A stretch of DNA of 63,005 bases, filler included, from Basidiobolus ranarum (GCA_040143965.1; 43 parts of 43 records of this genome joined end to end with filler, not necessarily neighbours in it), one strand, 5' to 3'; shown: positions 48,480-61,261, numbered from the whole stretch's first letter. The notes: generated by a model from the letters alone, not told the origin. Translations and numbers: made by a program.

Positions 48480-49843
48480 AATAATACTACATATCTCCAT
48501 CTATCTCACCAAGAAGTCTGTCTTGCAGCTTTCCTAGAAATACTGTCAGATTATTACACAAACAAATTATTCCAAATTATAGAGGTACTTACTTTGTGTC
48601 CATGGATTGGGCTTTGTTGTTGTTGTTGTACTCAAACAATGAAAAAACCTGTGAGAACATTGAAAAGAACCATTTGTTGGAATGTTATTATACTTTGGAG
48701 TCTCCTTAACACATTGCAATACATCCAGCACTGATTTTACTGATACAATGTCAATCAGATTAGCATATAGTATTACTTACTATTTCACACAGAGCATCAT
48801 TTCACCAAAGGGGCACTCCATGGGGAACAGCCAGAATATACAGCAAGGGCCTATATTCCCTAAGCATTGTGAAAGATGCAGCAGGGAATGTATTAAGTAC
48901 TGGCATAAATTCAGTCATTCCTCTCTAAACCTGTAATAAAGCTTTTATATCGAATTACAAAATCTTTGCACAGTTGCTGTATCAGCCTGAGATCTGCCAA
49001 TGTGGGTGGATGCCATAAAAACATATTAACAATACCTATAAAGAGCTCCCAATGTTGCAATACTTATCAGGCTTATGTCAATTTAAGATTCCACTTGAAT
49101 GTATATAAATTCATACTTCCAGTCTTTGCATTTGAATAAATTCCTAGATGGGTGGTTGTTGGTGGGAGCTCTTGTAGAATGTGACAGTATCTTGATGCTT
49201 TCAAGCAGTTTCCTAATTACTTTAAACTTAGATCCTATCCAAATCAGTCATTCATATTCAATTTTCCTCTATATAGCTGCGTAAATAGTTTTAGAATGTT
49301 CTTGTGCAAAGTGTTGAAATTAGCCCCAAACTTAAAAACAAGCAAAAGGTTGCACAAACATCACAAAGCACCCTCAGTAGTGTCACACTGTAAGGATATA
49401 TAATAGTACTACAAGTGCTTGAGGAGTAGTTTCAAGAGAACAAAGGGAAAAATGCAGTTCAAGTTTGCATTAAGTGTGTTCAGAAGAAGAACATTCAACT
49501 TGACATGCAGTTAAGTGTTGACTGTGCCAATGTCTGGGGAGAACTTAATACAGAATGTCACAATATTGCAGGGTATCTGTCAGATAGCTGGAAGAATGTT
49601 GATGCAGCAACATCAATACAAAGGTGGGCTTTGATGGAGATATTAATACAAACTTGTATTGCATATGAGCTAAACCTTGGGTATGAAGAACTCTATAAAA
49701 ATCCTCAGGAGAATATATCAAAGAAACTGATGATTTTGAAGGTGACAAACTGGAATTCAAGTGGAAATTGTGTAAATTTTGAGTTATATTTTTTGCACGT
49801 GGTTTCATAGCTACTTCTCTGAGATGGTAACCATTCATTTGCA
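48480..49843 (-). mobile_element. CMC-like transposase C-terminal fragment (48480-49300) plus subterminal fragment (49350-49843)
   Basis: Colinear with 300-1130 and 2950-3440 respectively. Confidence 0.7.
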
Positions 49844-49943
49844 NNNNNNNNNNNNNNNNNNNNNNNNNNNNNNNNNNNNNNNNNNNNTTAATTAATTAAN
49901 NNNNNNNNNNNNNNNNNNNNNNNNNNNNNNNNNNNNNNNNNNN

Positions 49944-50451
49944 CAATAATGTTTAGTATTCTAGCTTTGACCACGAGAGCTTCACACCCCATTCGATTAA
50001 CTTCATTTCTGGACAGGTCACCAGCACCTCGAAGGCCAACACATACATTGGCATCTACCTTGACCTTTAGAAGTCTGAGTCTGGCAACGATGTCTCTACA
50101 CCGACGTTCATCATCATCTTCACTCCTCTTAGAATTTCGATGAGACTCATTGCCAATGTTCCCGAGGCAGACATTAGCATCAACATGGATACCAAGAGCC
50201 CTGACTCGGACTGCAAGTTGGTCACATGACAAATCAGCAGGATTTAGAAGCTCAAGCCCATCATCACTCTTATCAGGTTGACCACTGCACATACCTGGAT
50301 CAATATTCAGGCCATGGCGAGTGCTGAGGTGCGACAACAGATCTTGACAGTAGCTGATTCCAGCAGGTGGAACATATCCTCTCTCTACAACAAAACTGGA
50401 GGCAAGAAGAGCACTAGATAGAAGTAACAAAAGATTGTTGGCGGGAATCAT
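49944..50451 (-). CDS. Secreted Cys-patterned repeat protein, N-terminal part (same family as 39692-41054)
   Basis: Signal peptide MIPANNLLLLLSSALLASS, then C-x18-C motifs (CDQLAVRVRALGIHVDANVC; CRDIVARLRLLKVKVDANVC) and a KR site (NSKRSEDD). TATATAA lies ~100 bp upstream. Confidence 0.9.
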
Positions 50452-51142
50452 TCTATTAGTGGTTGGTATACGGACAGTGAGAGAGAGAGAGAGGATAGAG
50501 CTCTAAGGAAGAGGAGAATGTTAAAGTTTAAGATGAGCCATGAGCTCACTTATATATGAGTTAGCGCCAAATTCATATTCCCGTTTTCTGCTAAGGGATT
50601 GTATAACGACGATAATGCATAATAACGGAAATATATTGATAATTACCTAGTATCTTATTACTGCAATAAATATTTTACCATAAAACCTATTATGATTATC
50701 TATCCTTCCTTTATTCTATTGTACTCCTTCTCTTAACAATCTATTTAGGGACGGGATACTAAATTCAATAATTCAAAATATATACCACTGACAGCATAAT
50801 GGATGGATTATATGAATTTTTCGTAATATTAATTAACAAGTTTCCGGATGCGAAAATGTAGTAAATGCATTGAATTCATGGAGGGGAATACTTCAGTTTA
50901 ATAAATATATATTCTCCACAATTGGCATGAGTTCATGGTCCTTAGGGAGAACTTGCTAAGAAGGATACACTCGGTCGGGAATATTTTGTCAAATTATTTC
51001 ACAAGAAAAGTTTACACAGTCACAATTGTATTATTTCAACGTCGCCAAGTAATTTTATTAAGAAAGTAAGGATGCAAGAAAATGCTCTCAATTATTGAGA
51101 ACCAGCATCATTATACAAGAATCAATCTAAAACTGGATTACT

Positions 51143-51307
51143 CTAACAAACGTGCGCATCAACTCCCAAAATGCGAAGTACCTTAGCATGAGCTACTATC
51201 TCTTCGCAACTTCTGTGTTCAGTATCACCCTTTGACCAACCACCACTACCCTTGATACCAATACAAACATTAGCATCTACATTAACACCGAGCAAGCGAA
51301 GATGGGC
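51143..51307 (-). CDS. C-terminus of an upstream tandem paralogue of the repeat protein
   Basis: AHLRLLGVNVDANVCIGIKGSGGWSKGDTEHRSCEEIVAHAKVLRILGVDAHVC* (TAG at 51143-51145). Not in the ORF track. Confidence 0.88.
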   Translation of the reverse strand, partial: AHLRLLGVNVDANVCIGIKGSGGWSKGDTEHRSCEEIVAHAKVLRILGVDAHVC

Positions 51308-51407
51308 NNNNNNNNNNNNNNNNNNNNNNNNNNNNNNNNNNNNNNNNNNNNTTAATTAATTAANNNNNNNNNNNNNNNNNNNNNNNNNNNNNNNNNNNNN
51401 NNNNNNN

Positions 51408-52770
51408 ATGCCATTGGAATGGGAACAATTCAAGTTTATTTAACTAGAGCTTCTAAAGAGAAAGTGTATACTTTTAAGGATGTGCTACATGTTCCAGATA
51501 TTGCCAGGAACTTAATATCTCTATGCAAGGCCACCTTGGAAGGGCTAAAATTCAATTTGATAAGTCAGGATGCACCATCACTGATCAAAATGGGAATTAT
51601 TTAGCTTTGGGAGAAAAGGATCAGAACTTATACAAGCTTGCATATCATCCAAGAGGCTTATGTGTAAATAAAGTTACTCCAAGCAAGAAACTATTCAATT
51701 ATGGCTTAAGAGATTTGGCCATATTGGATTTGATTATTTGAGCAAAATGATCAAAAATCACCTAATTTGTGGAATTCAAATTAACCCCCCCCACCAAAAT
51801 GGAAATTTGTGAGGGTTGTATATTTGGAAAGCAAGCCAGGCAACCATTCAAGAGCTTTGGTTTAATCAAATATGTCAAAAAATTGGATCTAATTCATTCA
51901 CATTTGTGTGGACCTATGCAAAATTTATCTTCAGGTGGAAAAAGATATTCAATCACATTTATTAATGATTATACAAGAACACTTGGGTCTACTTTACGGA
52001 AAGAAAAGAAGAAGTTCTCTCTATCTTTAGAGATTTTAAAATACTTGTGGAAAATGACACTGAAACTAAAATCAAGAAAATACATATTGATAATAGTGGA
52101 GAATATACTTCAACACTATTTAAGCACCTTTGCAAAGCTTATGGAATTAAGCAAGAGCCTACTGACCCCCATTCACCTCAACAAAATGGAGTTGCCAAAC
52201 AAGCTAACAGGACTATGGTAGAAATCCCAGCATCTATGATAAATGCACAAAATTTATCTCATTACTTTTCAGTGGAATCTGTTGCTACAGCTGTATATCT
52301 AAAGAATGGGAGTTTTGCTTGAAGTCTGACTGACTCTACACCATATCAAGCTTAGTTTGGAGTTAAACCTGATGTAAATTGTATGAGGATCTTTGAATGC
52401 ATTACTTATGTGAAAATTGTGACCAAAAATTGGTCTAGATTTGATCCAAAAAGTAAGATATGCATGATTCTGGGTTATTGTATGCAAACTAAGGCCTACA
52501 GACTCTATGATACCAAAATCTCCAAGTTAATCAAGTCCAGGGATGTTTTGTTTAATGAAAATAAAAATGTTCACCCAAAATGACCTTAGATGATGACAAA
52601 AATAAATTTTCTCCTGATCCAATCATTTGAATTGATTCAAACCAAAACAACAAAGAAAATAGCATTCCTGTGGACCCTTCAACCAAAATTTTACCTACTG
52701 AAGTGCCCAATACAATGCCAGAAGTTGTGGTGCCTTTATCCCAAACTAGGAGATCAAATTGGATCAGAAA
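51408..52770 (+). mobile_element. Copia-B protease end, GAG-pre-integrase and integrase, degenerate
   Basis: DVLHVPDIARNLIS, ICEGCIFGKQ, LIHSHLCGPM, IDNSGEY, SPQQNGVA. Overlaps 38226-38770 and 1740-2350. Confidence 0.93.
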
Positions 52771-53729
52771 NNNNNNNNNNNNNNNNNNNNNNNNNNNNNN
52801 NNNNNNNNNNNNNNTTAATTAATTAANNNNNNNNNNNNNNNNNNNNNNNNNNNNNNNNNNNNNNNNNNNNCTACAGACTAAAGTATAAGAGCCAAAATGA
52901 AAATAAAAACCCTGCAAGGGAAAACTCTACATTTCAATCACAATCTCTCTACTTCAAATGTCTCCATAAATGTGCATCATGCTATTAAATGACAGCTTAA
53001 TATGGAAAATCACCAAGTCTAGTGATAATGATAATGTTGACAACACTGACCCAGTCTCAAACAATACAGAAAGAAGACTAGAGACTCAGAGAATGTGAGT
53101 AAAACAATAGCTGCACAGCCTTTAATGTATATACAACACAGTTAATAATAGAGCAAATGATATAAGCAAAAGCACCACATAAACCATTAATGGCTACACT
53201 AATACATTCAGGATATACTAGTGAGATTGAATGTACTTTGACTCTTGGGTTTTGGCAGCCTATCTAACAGGGCAAAGAAGATTTACTGATCTCCTAAAAG
53301 GTTAGATTCACAATACTTGAATATCAACAATATTGAGCAAAGCCTGGTCAAAAGTGTATATTTCAGTTGCAATGTTTCAGAGTATAACATAAGGCAAGCA
53401 GGGCACTTTGATCAGGCATAAGAATTTAGCAAAACTGGCCATGTGTAAAACTTGAGGAATACTCTATTATATGACTTATTTAGTCAATTGACCTGAATCT
53501 ATCAGTCATTCAGTACTTACAAGTATTAACAATGTAAGCTCAAGTATTACAAAGTAGGAAAGTGATATACCTACTATGCATTATCAAAAATATAACTTTT
53601 AACCATCTTACTACATTTAATCTAATCTCAATCTAATTAAGTTGATAGATCTGACTTAAGATAGAAATATTTCAAAGCAACTGTCTGTAGTACCCATTAA
53701 AGCTGAAGCAGATGTATTGGTCATTATTT

Positions 53730-54233
53730 TATTGGGAAAAAATGGGCTGTTTGGGGGAACTTCAGAAAAGTGGAGTTGTGATTAACTTGTGAAATTGTAA
53801 TTTTTTATGCCAAAATAAAGCATTTATAGATTATTATAGCAGTTGTTAAAGTGTTTGGGAGCCTGTTGGAAGTGGTTGGAGAATCAGAGATATTGGTGGT
53901 TTTCATTTTGTGACTTATTAAAATGTATAAATGCTTTATTTCTAGACAATAAATTTTTATCTCAAAAAGCTATTCACAACTCCACTTTTCTAAAGTTCCT
54001 CCAAATTGCCCATATTTCCCAATAGGTTGTGAGCCCCATGTTCTAACCTTTACAGCATGACAGAAACCGCTACTACCACTTTTATTAACACAAGTGTTGA
54101 AAAGCTTGATGAAGAAAATGAGAATTTCTGGAAGTTCAAGATGCAAATCATGCTGGAAGACAGGGAGCTTTGGGATGTAGTCTCTGGAGATGAAAAGGAA
54201 CCTTCTGACCCTTCTTTATTGGAAGCTTACAAG
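53730..54233. mobile_element. Mosaic of LTR-A (minus), LTR-B (minus) and LTR-A (plus) ends, then PBS (54025-54036) and copia-A gag start (54057)
   Basis: CCCAATA-GGTTGTGAGCCC, then MTETATTTFINTSVEKLDEENENFWKFKMQIMLEDRELWDVVSG. Confidence 0.85.
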
Positions 54234-54333
54234 NNNNNNNNNNNNNNNNNNNNNNNNNNNNNNNNNNNNNNNNNNNNTTAATTAATTAANNNNNNNNNNN
54301 NNNNNNNNNNNNNNNNNNNNNNNNNNNNNNNNN

Positions 54334-54468
54334 AGCTAGCTTTTGTTGTTCAGCTTCTACTTGCTTTTGTTCGCCCTTGGCGACCATACTTTCACTGTTG
54401 AACATCTTACCAACTCCTTCTTGGATGTTACCAGCGGCGTTCTTGGCGGCAGCGGAGATTTTAGACAT
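54334..54468 (-). CDS. CsbD-like small stress protein, N-terminal fragment
   Basis: MSKISAAAKNAAGNIQEGVGKMFNSESMVAKGEQKQVEAE fits the GxxKExVGxxxGxxxxxxxG CsbD pattern. Confidence 0.7.
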
Positions 54469-55556
54469 GTTGATATTAGATTGATATGATTTTAGAAGCA
54501 GTTGATTTTAATGATAATGGTGATTACTGACTTCCTTTTTATGCTCGCTCAATTCTGAATGAATTTATATTGTCACTAAGTATTGCGCAGATCAGGGCAC
54601 ACAGCTTACGTTCTGATATCGTCACTATCATTAACCTATCGCAGAGGAGTCCAACTTTCAGGATATTTAACATAACCAGGAATACCCTTGAATCTATAGC
54701 TATCAAGCAATTTGATTCCCGCTTGGATGAGTACCATTGTGTATACAAAGAGCAACCGCATGATGTCATATTAACCAATATTAGTGGTAAAAGAGTCATC
54801 GATGTATTTGATTGATGTAAAACGAAGTGTAACGTGACCATATTTGAATTTTGTGTGGCATGCCGTTGCTAATTACTTCTACTGCGATCTCTCTTTAAGA
54901 GTACTCTGGTACCCTGACTCGCTTACACTAACTATCTCATTTGTATACTCAGGGCTGATCAAATCCAGGAACAAATACCAGCACTAACATTTTGGATTAA
55001 TTCAGTGACGTTTCGAATTGATTTTATCCAAAATTTGTTCTTTTGTTAATACCGTCTATCATCAACATTATTTGGTGCACATAATTCACAGTTGTAAATT
55101 ACATCCTCGACACTAACGTAAATGATCTGTTCGAATAGTTGTGTCAATATAAAATGATGACCTTCCGATTGCTCTTATATTGATGGTCATAGATTTAACT
55201 ACATGTTCAGAGGATAAGACTGACTACATCATTGAAACTAAATTCTGCTTATATCTTTTATATGTACCATGTAAGCGATATCAATTCGAACTAGAATATC
55301 TCATCACTTTTTACAATACTGGGTTATTATGAGCAATGGCATATTGAGTGTCTCGCAAGCAGTTCATCTGCCATAATTAGAAAATACATTGCTTAGAATT
55401 ATTAGTTCATTTTAACCCTGCTTTATTTGCAATAGTTACCTTAATTCGGGAATATATCTTTCAAGCAATATTTATTTTACTATTTAACAAAAAAGTGCAA
55501 TTGGTGTACATGAAAAGAATTTAACTGACAGTAAGTTGGTTAAATAAGTAAATATC

Positions 55557-55694
55557 TTACAATACTCTATTGTTATGAGCTGCGTTCTGTTGTGCATCAC
55601 CATGTACTCGTTGTGATGCTCCATTGAGCTCCATGGATGGGTTACCAGTGGCATAGCCTACGTTTTCTTTCACCGCACCAGTAGCAGCATTAGT
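55557..55694 (-). CDS. CsbD-like protein, C-terminal fragment (upstream tandem neighbour)
   Basis: TNAATGAVKENVGYATGNPSMELNGASQRVHGDAQQNAAHNNRVL*. Confidence 0.7.
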   Translation of the reverse strand, partial: TNAATGAVKENVGYATGNPSMELNGASQRVHGDAQQNAAHNNRVL

Positions 55695-55796
55695 AGNNNN
55701 NNNNNNNNNNNNNNNNNNNNNNNNNNNNNNNNNNNNNNNNTTAATTAATTAANNNNNNNNNNNNNNNNNNNNNNNNNNNNNNNNNNNNNNNNNNNN

Positions 55797-55880
55797 CTGA
55801 GAAAGATCGAGAACGTCATGACTGGCCCTAACAACAGACCTAAGCTTCCAGTTGTCGTGACGGAATGTGGCGAGATGTAG
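55797..55880 (+). CDS. PPIH: Cyclophilin H (U4/U6 snRNP PPIase), C-terminal fragment
   Basis: LRKIENVMTGPNNRPKLPVVVTECGEM*, the characteristic PPIH C-terminus. Confidence 0.88.
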   Translation: MRKIENVMTGPNNRPKLPVVVTECGEM

Positions 55881-56089
55881 ATTTGGTTTGATCGACATAT
55901 CACCTCATAACTTTGCTATTCAATAAACTATATAACATGTATTTGTATCCACTATTATTGACTTTGGCATGTGCTGTCCAAAGAAAGGGATTTTATTGTT
56001 GTTTTGGTGCGCGCAGCTTAAAGAAAAGGGTGTGGAATAAATCTGTACTAGCACATTATATATATATTACAGTCAACCCTCACTTCATT

Positions 56090-57158
56090 TCAAGTCTCCA
56101 TGGGGGTAGTTGGGTCGGTGGGAACTGGAGTAAGACTAGGGGTAAGGCTAGGGGTGATGTTTGGTGTGTTTTCACTCGTTTGTAACGCTCTATAGTGATC
56201 TAAACGCTCCTGAATCTTCAATGTGCTTTCATCTATTTCTATCAATTTGGCTTGAGTTTGTTGGAGATCGTGGTCAATCTGCGCCAGCTCGCTGCTGTGA
56301 GTCATTTGGGTGCTCTGTAGCATCGACATACAATTCTCGAACATCTTTTGAACGTCACCGATAGTTGGTATAGGTGCTACGTTGGGAGCTGAGTCGAAAT
56401 CACTCGTTAGTATGTAGAACACTCACTTTTCAAGTCAAATAATAGCTTACTTTTAGTTTCCTTACGCGTATTCGTAACTCTATATGAATACGGGAATAAA
56501 CAGAATCAGTCCAAGTTGATCTCTAAAAGAGCATTCATTGCACTTACGTCGGCTCAAGAACTTTGGATCCAGCAACTTTGCGCATTTGCAATGTTTCCCA
56601 TCGACGTAGTTCTTCGTCATCTTCATCCAGCTCACTACAAAGTTGAAGCCATAAATAAGCCACAATTATCAGTTTGTCAAAAAGTGCAAACCTAACTTAC
56701 GCTTCTTCGATCATCTCTTTAAGATCGTGTCGATGACGAGTTTGTGCTTTTTTAGCTGCATTTTTACCAAGTACTAGTTTGTCACCCATAGCAGATTCGA
56801 ACTCTAAAAGCCAAGAATATTAATGAACTAGATTCACACATCAACATTTGTATGGGAAATAACCTTCGTCGCCTTCACCGACTTCATCTTCCTCTCTCAC
56901 CAATCTAGAATCACCATGAGTATCCTTGAAGCCAATAAACTGTCAGAATAGGAGAAGAATAACAAGCAGCAGTGAAATTCTTACCACCCCATCATCTAAT
57001 GAGATGAAGTCGCCAGAGATTACACCAGATCGCAGTTCCTCGCGCTTTTTCTTGGCTAAAAGCACCAAGTGTTCGTCCGGTATTCCTTCAGGCAGATCAA
57101 ATTTGTCATGAGCGCGTGTAGGATTGAAAGATTCTTTCTTAAGAGCCTCTAAATACTC
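56090..57158 (-). CDS. NTR2/GCFC-like spliceosome disassembly factor, multi-exon 3' part
   Basis: EYLEALKK...IPDEHLVLLAKKKREELR...DFISLD / SRLVREEDEVGEGDE / LVLGKNA...LKEMIEEA / RRWETLQMRK, and a final coiled-coil exon. Several short GT-AG introns. Confidence 0.75.
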
Positions 57159-57258
57159 NNNNNNNNNNNNNNNNNNNNNNNNNNNNNNNNNNNNNNNNNN
57201 NNTTAATTAATTAANNNNNNNNNNNNNNNNNNNNNNNNNNNNNNNNNNNNNNNNNNNN

Positions 57259-58472
57259 TTTTCTTATCCAATTACAAAATCTTTGCACAGTTGCTGTATC
57301 TGCCTGAGATCTGCCAATGTCAGTTGATGCCATAAGAATATAGTAACACTATCCACAAACAACTCCAAATATAGCTAAAACTTAGCAGGCAGAAATTGTT
57401 TCAAAATTCCAATTGAATATATACAAATACAATACTTCCAGTCTTTGCATTTGAAATTAACTCCTAGATGAGTGGATATTGATGGGAGTAATGGTAAAAT
57501 ATGATGGTTTCTGATGCTTTCAAGTATTTTACCAATTGATGAAGACTTTGATCCTATCTTAAATGGTTTATCCATATTAAGCTTTCCACCATATAGCTGA
57601 GTAAGTAGTATAGGAATGTTGTTAAATAGTAAGTACATAGTGCCTAAAGGCAAGCTCTGGCTCTAGCAGATCTGCTTTAGTAATACAATCTTAGGCTTAG
57701 AGATTATCCCAAGTTTGATGATAGACTGACTATTTGGTAAATTGATATCAGTAAGCAAGGTGAAATCTGACCGATGGTAAAATCAGGGAATTAGTGTTGT
57801 ATTTGGCTAGTAGGAAAGTATATTCCTGGTAGAGTAAGCTCAATCAATTTGACAAAATTTACATCAAGATAGTGTCAAGATATCAGGACTCTCATGCTGT
57901 TCTGAAGGAGGAAGATTTGAGTTAATTATAATTAGTTACCAGCATGCCCTTCCAATAATGAATTTGTTTAGTGAGAAACCATCCAGAGCCTATGCAAATG
58001 CATGATCATATGTGTTCTCAAAGAAACCGTGACTTTCAGATTCTGGTAGTGATATCCATCAGGTTTATTGGTAATACCATAAGCTTTATGGTAAGTTCTT
58101 TGGTATTGCATCAATGATTTATATTTCAGTGAGTTCATCAAGACTTTAAGTTAGTAAATCAAGAGTATGTAGGCCAAATATGAGCAACATTTACCCAATT
58201 GAGTGATTGCCAACTTTGTGCAAACAGTACATGACTTCAGGTTTTTAGATTTCTGGTAAAACCAAACAACCAGTTGGAAATTAATGTAGTTTAATTACTA
58301 ATGGATTATGGGTCATATGATTGACAAATGTTTTCCACTTGTACTAGGTTAGTGGCAAGCAATGGTGGCTGATCAACTGTGGTAAGAGTTTAAGAAAACC
58401 TATAAGCATCTGGTAGCTACGATTGGATTGATCTCTCCACTCCTCAATATTCAAAGCTGCTTTCTTTATTGT
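57259..58472 (-). mobile_element. CMC-like transposase fragment (N-terminal to C-terminal pieces with deletions)
   Basis: 58230-58472 aligns with 17675-17925; 57259-57850 aligns with 765-1360. Confidence 0.7.
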
Positions 58473-58491
58473 CAATCCTCAACTTTGATAA

Positions 58492-58620
58492 TATTGAAAT
58501 TATTTAGGGAGAAATATTGGTCTGGCCAGGATTTGAACCTGGGGCCTCCTTCACTCTAGCAAGGTGCTCTAACCATTGAGCTACCAGTCCTTGTATGCTA
58601 TGCCTATAGTGCTAGGGAAC
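58492..58620. mobile_element. Second copy of the tRNA-containing LTR-like repeat (tRNA-like part 58518-58590, minus)
   Basis: Near-identical to 36547-36659 but in a different flanking context. Confidence 0.75.
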
Positions 58621-58779
58621 NNNNNNNNNNNNNNNNNNNNNNNNNNNNNNNNNNNNNNNNNNNNTTAATTAATTAANNNNNNNNNNNNNNNNNNNNNNNN
58701 NNNNNNNNNNNNNNNNNNNNTTTGAAGAATCAAGATTTAAGTTAGGATTAAGATATATGAATATTTAGTTGAGTGGTAG

Positions 58780-59158
58780 TGTTGAAGTTTATTGTCTTTA
58801 TCATATATGTTATCTCTATCTTTATACACTTAACTATTTCATATATCACATATAAGTTAGCTAACGTTACTTAGTCAAATATCACTTAACTGAAAATTGA
58901 AACATATATTTTATATGTATGTGAATGATTTGAGAATTAGCAATTCCATATTGGAAATTTCAAACTTGTCCAAATTGCCCCAACAATAGCTCATTTTACT
59001 CCCACAGATGTTCTGAACACAACTCTAGTGTTATTATTTTGTATTTCTACCAAAAATGTATAAATGCTTTATTTCTGGATGATAAAAAATTTTCTCACAA
59101 TGCCATTCACAACATCACTTTTCTAAAGTTCCTCCAAACAGCCCATATTTTCCCAATG
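58780..59158 (+). repeat. Copia-A 3' LTR preceded by RNase H end and PPT
   Basis: TAGTTGAGTGGTAG-TGTTGAAGTTT...TCCCAATG. Upstream sequence matches 41841-41900. Confidence 0.9.
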
Positions 59159-60082
59159 AATATATCTCACCAAGATGTCTGTCTTTCAGCTTTTCATAGA
59201 AATACTGAGAAATTATCACATAAGCAAATTGGTCCAAATTATAGAGGTACTTACTCTGTGTCCACGGATTGGGTTTTGTTGCTGCTATTTTGCACAAACA
59301 ATGCAAAAACCTGGGAGCACATTGAAAAGAGCCCTTTGTTGGAAGGTTATTATACTCTGGAGTCTCCTTAACCCATTGCATTAAATCCATCACTAATTTT
59401 CTGATACATTGTTAATCAGATAATCATATTGTAACACTCACAGTTTTGCACAAAGCATCATTTCATCACAGGTGTGGCCCATTGGGAACTCCCAGAATGT
59501 ATAGCAAGGGCCAATAATCTGTAAGCATTGTGAAATAATGTATATGCCTGATAGAGTAAAGTTGATTGATTTGACAAAACCTACAGCAAGATAGTGCATT
59601 GTGCCTGCAAAAACCTCCAAGTCTACTGATGGCAGGAATTTCACCAATACATAAAATGATATTAGCTTTAATAAAATATTCACCCTTCTGAACCCCATTG
59701 GATAATGGTTCAAATTCTGCAATCAAACACTTCAAGAAGTTATCTATCAGCATTGGTGATTTAAGTCCAGATATGATGGACACCATCAAAATATAATTAC
59801 TCTTATAATGTTCAGAAAGAGAAAAATTCAAGTTAATTAAAATTAGTTGCCAGCAAGCCTTCCAATTGAGATTCTAGTAGTGATATCCCTCAAGTATATT
59901 AGTAATACCATCAGCTTTATGGTGAATACTTTGGTATTGGATCAATGATCTATATTTGGATGATTTCAGCAAAACTTTAAGATGGGGAATTAATGGTATG
60001 TAAGCCATATATGAGCAATATTTTCCTGATTCAGTAATTGCCAATTGTGTGCAAACAATACATAACTTCAGGTTTTACAGAT
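59159..60082 (-). mobile_element. CMC/CACTA transposase catalytic region (Transposase_21-like), degenerate
   Basis: LINLNF...YKSNYILMVSIISGLKSP..IDNFLKCLIAEFEPLSNG...CIGEIPAISRLGGF.RHNALSCCRFC, corresponding to the NLPP..R...IIPGPK.P..D.FL.PL..EL..L / GDxPA...GH...CRFC motifs. Confidence 0.8.
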
Positions 60083-60182
60083 NNNNNNNNNNNNNNNNNN
60101 NNNNNNNNNNNNNNNNNNNNNNNNNNTTAATTAATTAANNNNNNNNNNNNNNNNNNNNNNNNNNNNNNNNNNNNNNNNNNNN

Positions 60183-61261
60183 ATCCTAGTGGTACATCAT
60201 GAGCAAAAAGGGCTTGCTCACTTGATGATGCTACAAAGAAAATTCTTAAACTCTGTATTTATGGGGATTCAGCTATTATGACATATGTAAATGGTGTCAA
60301 GAAACTTGCCCAACAACTGGAATCAGTGAATTATGAAGTACCTGAAATGGATATACCTCTTACCATAATCAGTGGTCTCCCTGAATCATATTCAGCCCTT
60401 ATACTCACTTTGGAAGCAATTGGGGATAAGCTTACTCAGTATTTTCTGATCTCTTGTCTATGTCAAGAAGAACTTAAAAGGAAAGACAAAAGTCTGCTTG
60501 CAGATGAAGCAAAAGCTACCCAAGCATTTTATTCTCAAAATAGCCAACCAGAAAGGAGCACTGTGAAATGTTACAAATATGTAAAACTGGGACATATAGC
60601 ATGTGACCGCAGATCAAAGAAGAAATGGGTTTCAAGGAAAAAGGAAGCATATAAAACCACTAAAAGTGGAAATGAACACTATGTACTTATGGCAATATCT
60701 AAATCAGAAAATGACTCTGCTCATGTATGGATTCTAGATTCTGGTGCAAGTGATCATATGTGTCACAATAGGAACATTATGCATGACTATATGGAAATAG
60801 AAGCTCTGGACATCATAGTAGCTGGAAGCAAGAAACTGGTTGCATATGGAATGGGAAAGGTCACACTTGACTTACAAATAAGTAAAGCCAAAAGTGTATG
60901 GTAACCTTATAAGATGTCTTATCTATTCCATCATTTACAACAAATCTGTTTTCAATTGGTGCAATTGAAAGAAATATTATGATATCAAATTCAGCTTTAG
61001 AAGCAATTGAAAAGGAAACATTATGATGTCAAATTCAGCCAAGGAAAAGAAACCATATACAAATCAAAAGGCTTGATAGTAGCAACTGGAACAACAATTG
61101 GGAATCTATATCACATGGATATTGCACCAATAGCTGAGACTATTTCTAACTTTGCAACAATTACTTCTGGATACTTGATCACTTGGCATCAGCACCTGGG
61201 TCTTCTAAGCTATGATAGTGTGAAACTATTATATAAAAATAGCCTATGTACTGGAATGGAT
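60183..61261 (+). mobile_element. Ty1/copia gag, protease and GAG-pre-integrase of a further family
   Basis: IISGLPESYSAL, degenerate zinc knuckle CYKYVKLGHIACD, WILDSGASDHMC, WHQHLG. Confidence 0.9.

Noticed and set aside
52871-53729. CpG-free stretch suggesting another decayed TE
   Set aside because: No second copy or motif in this window to classify it.
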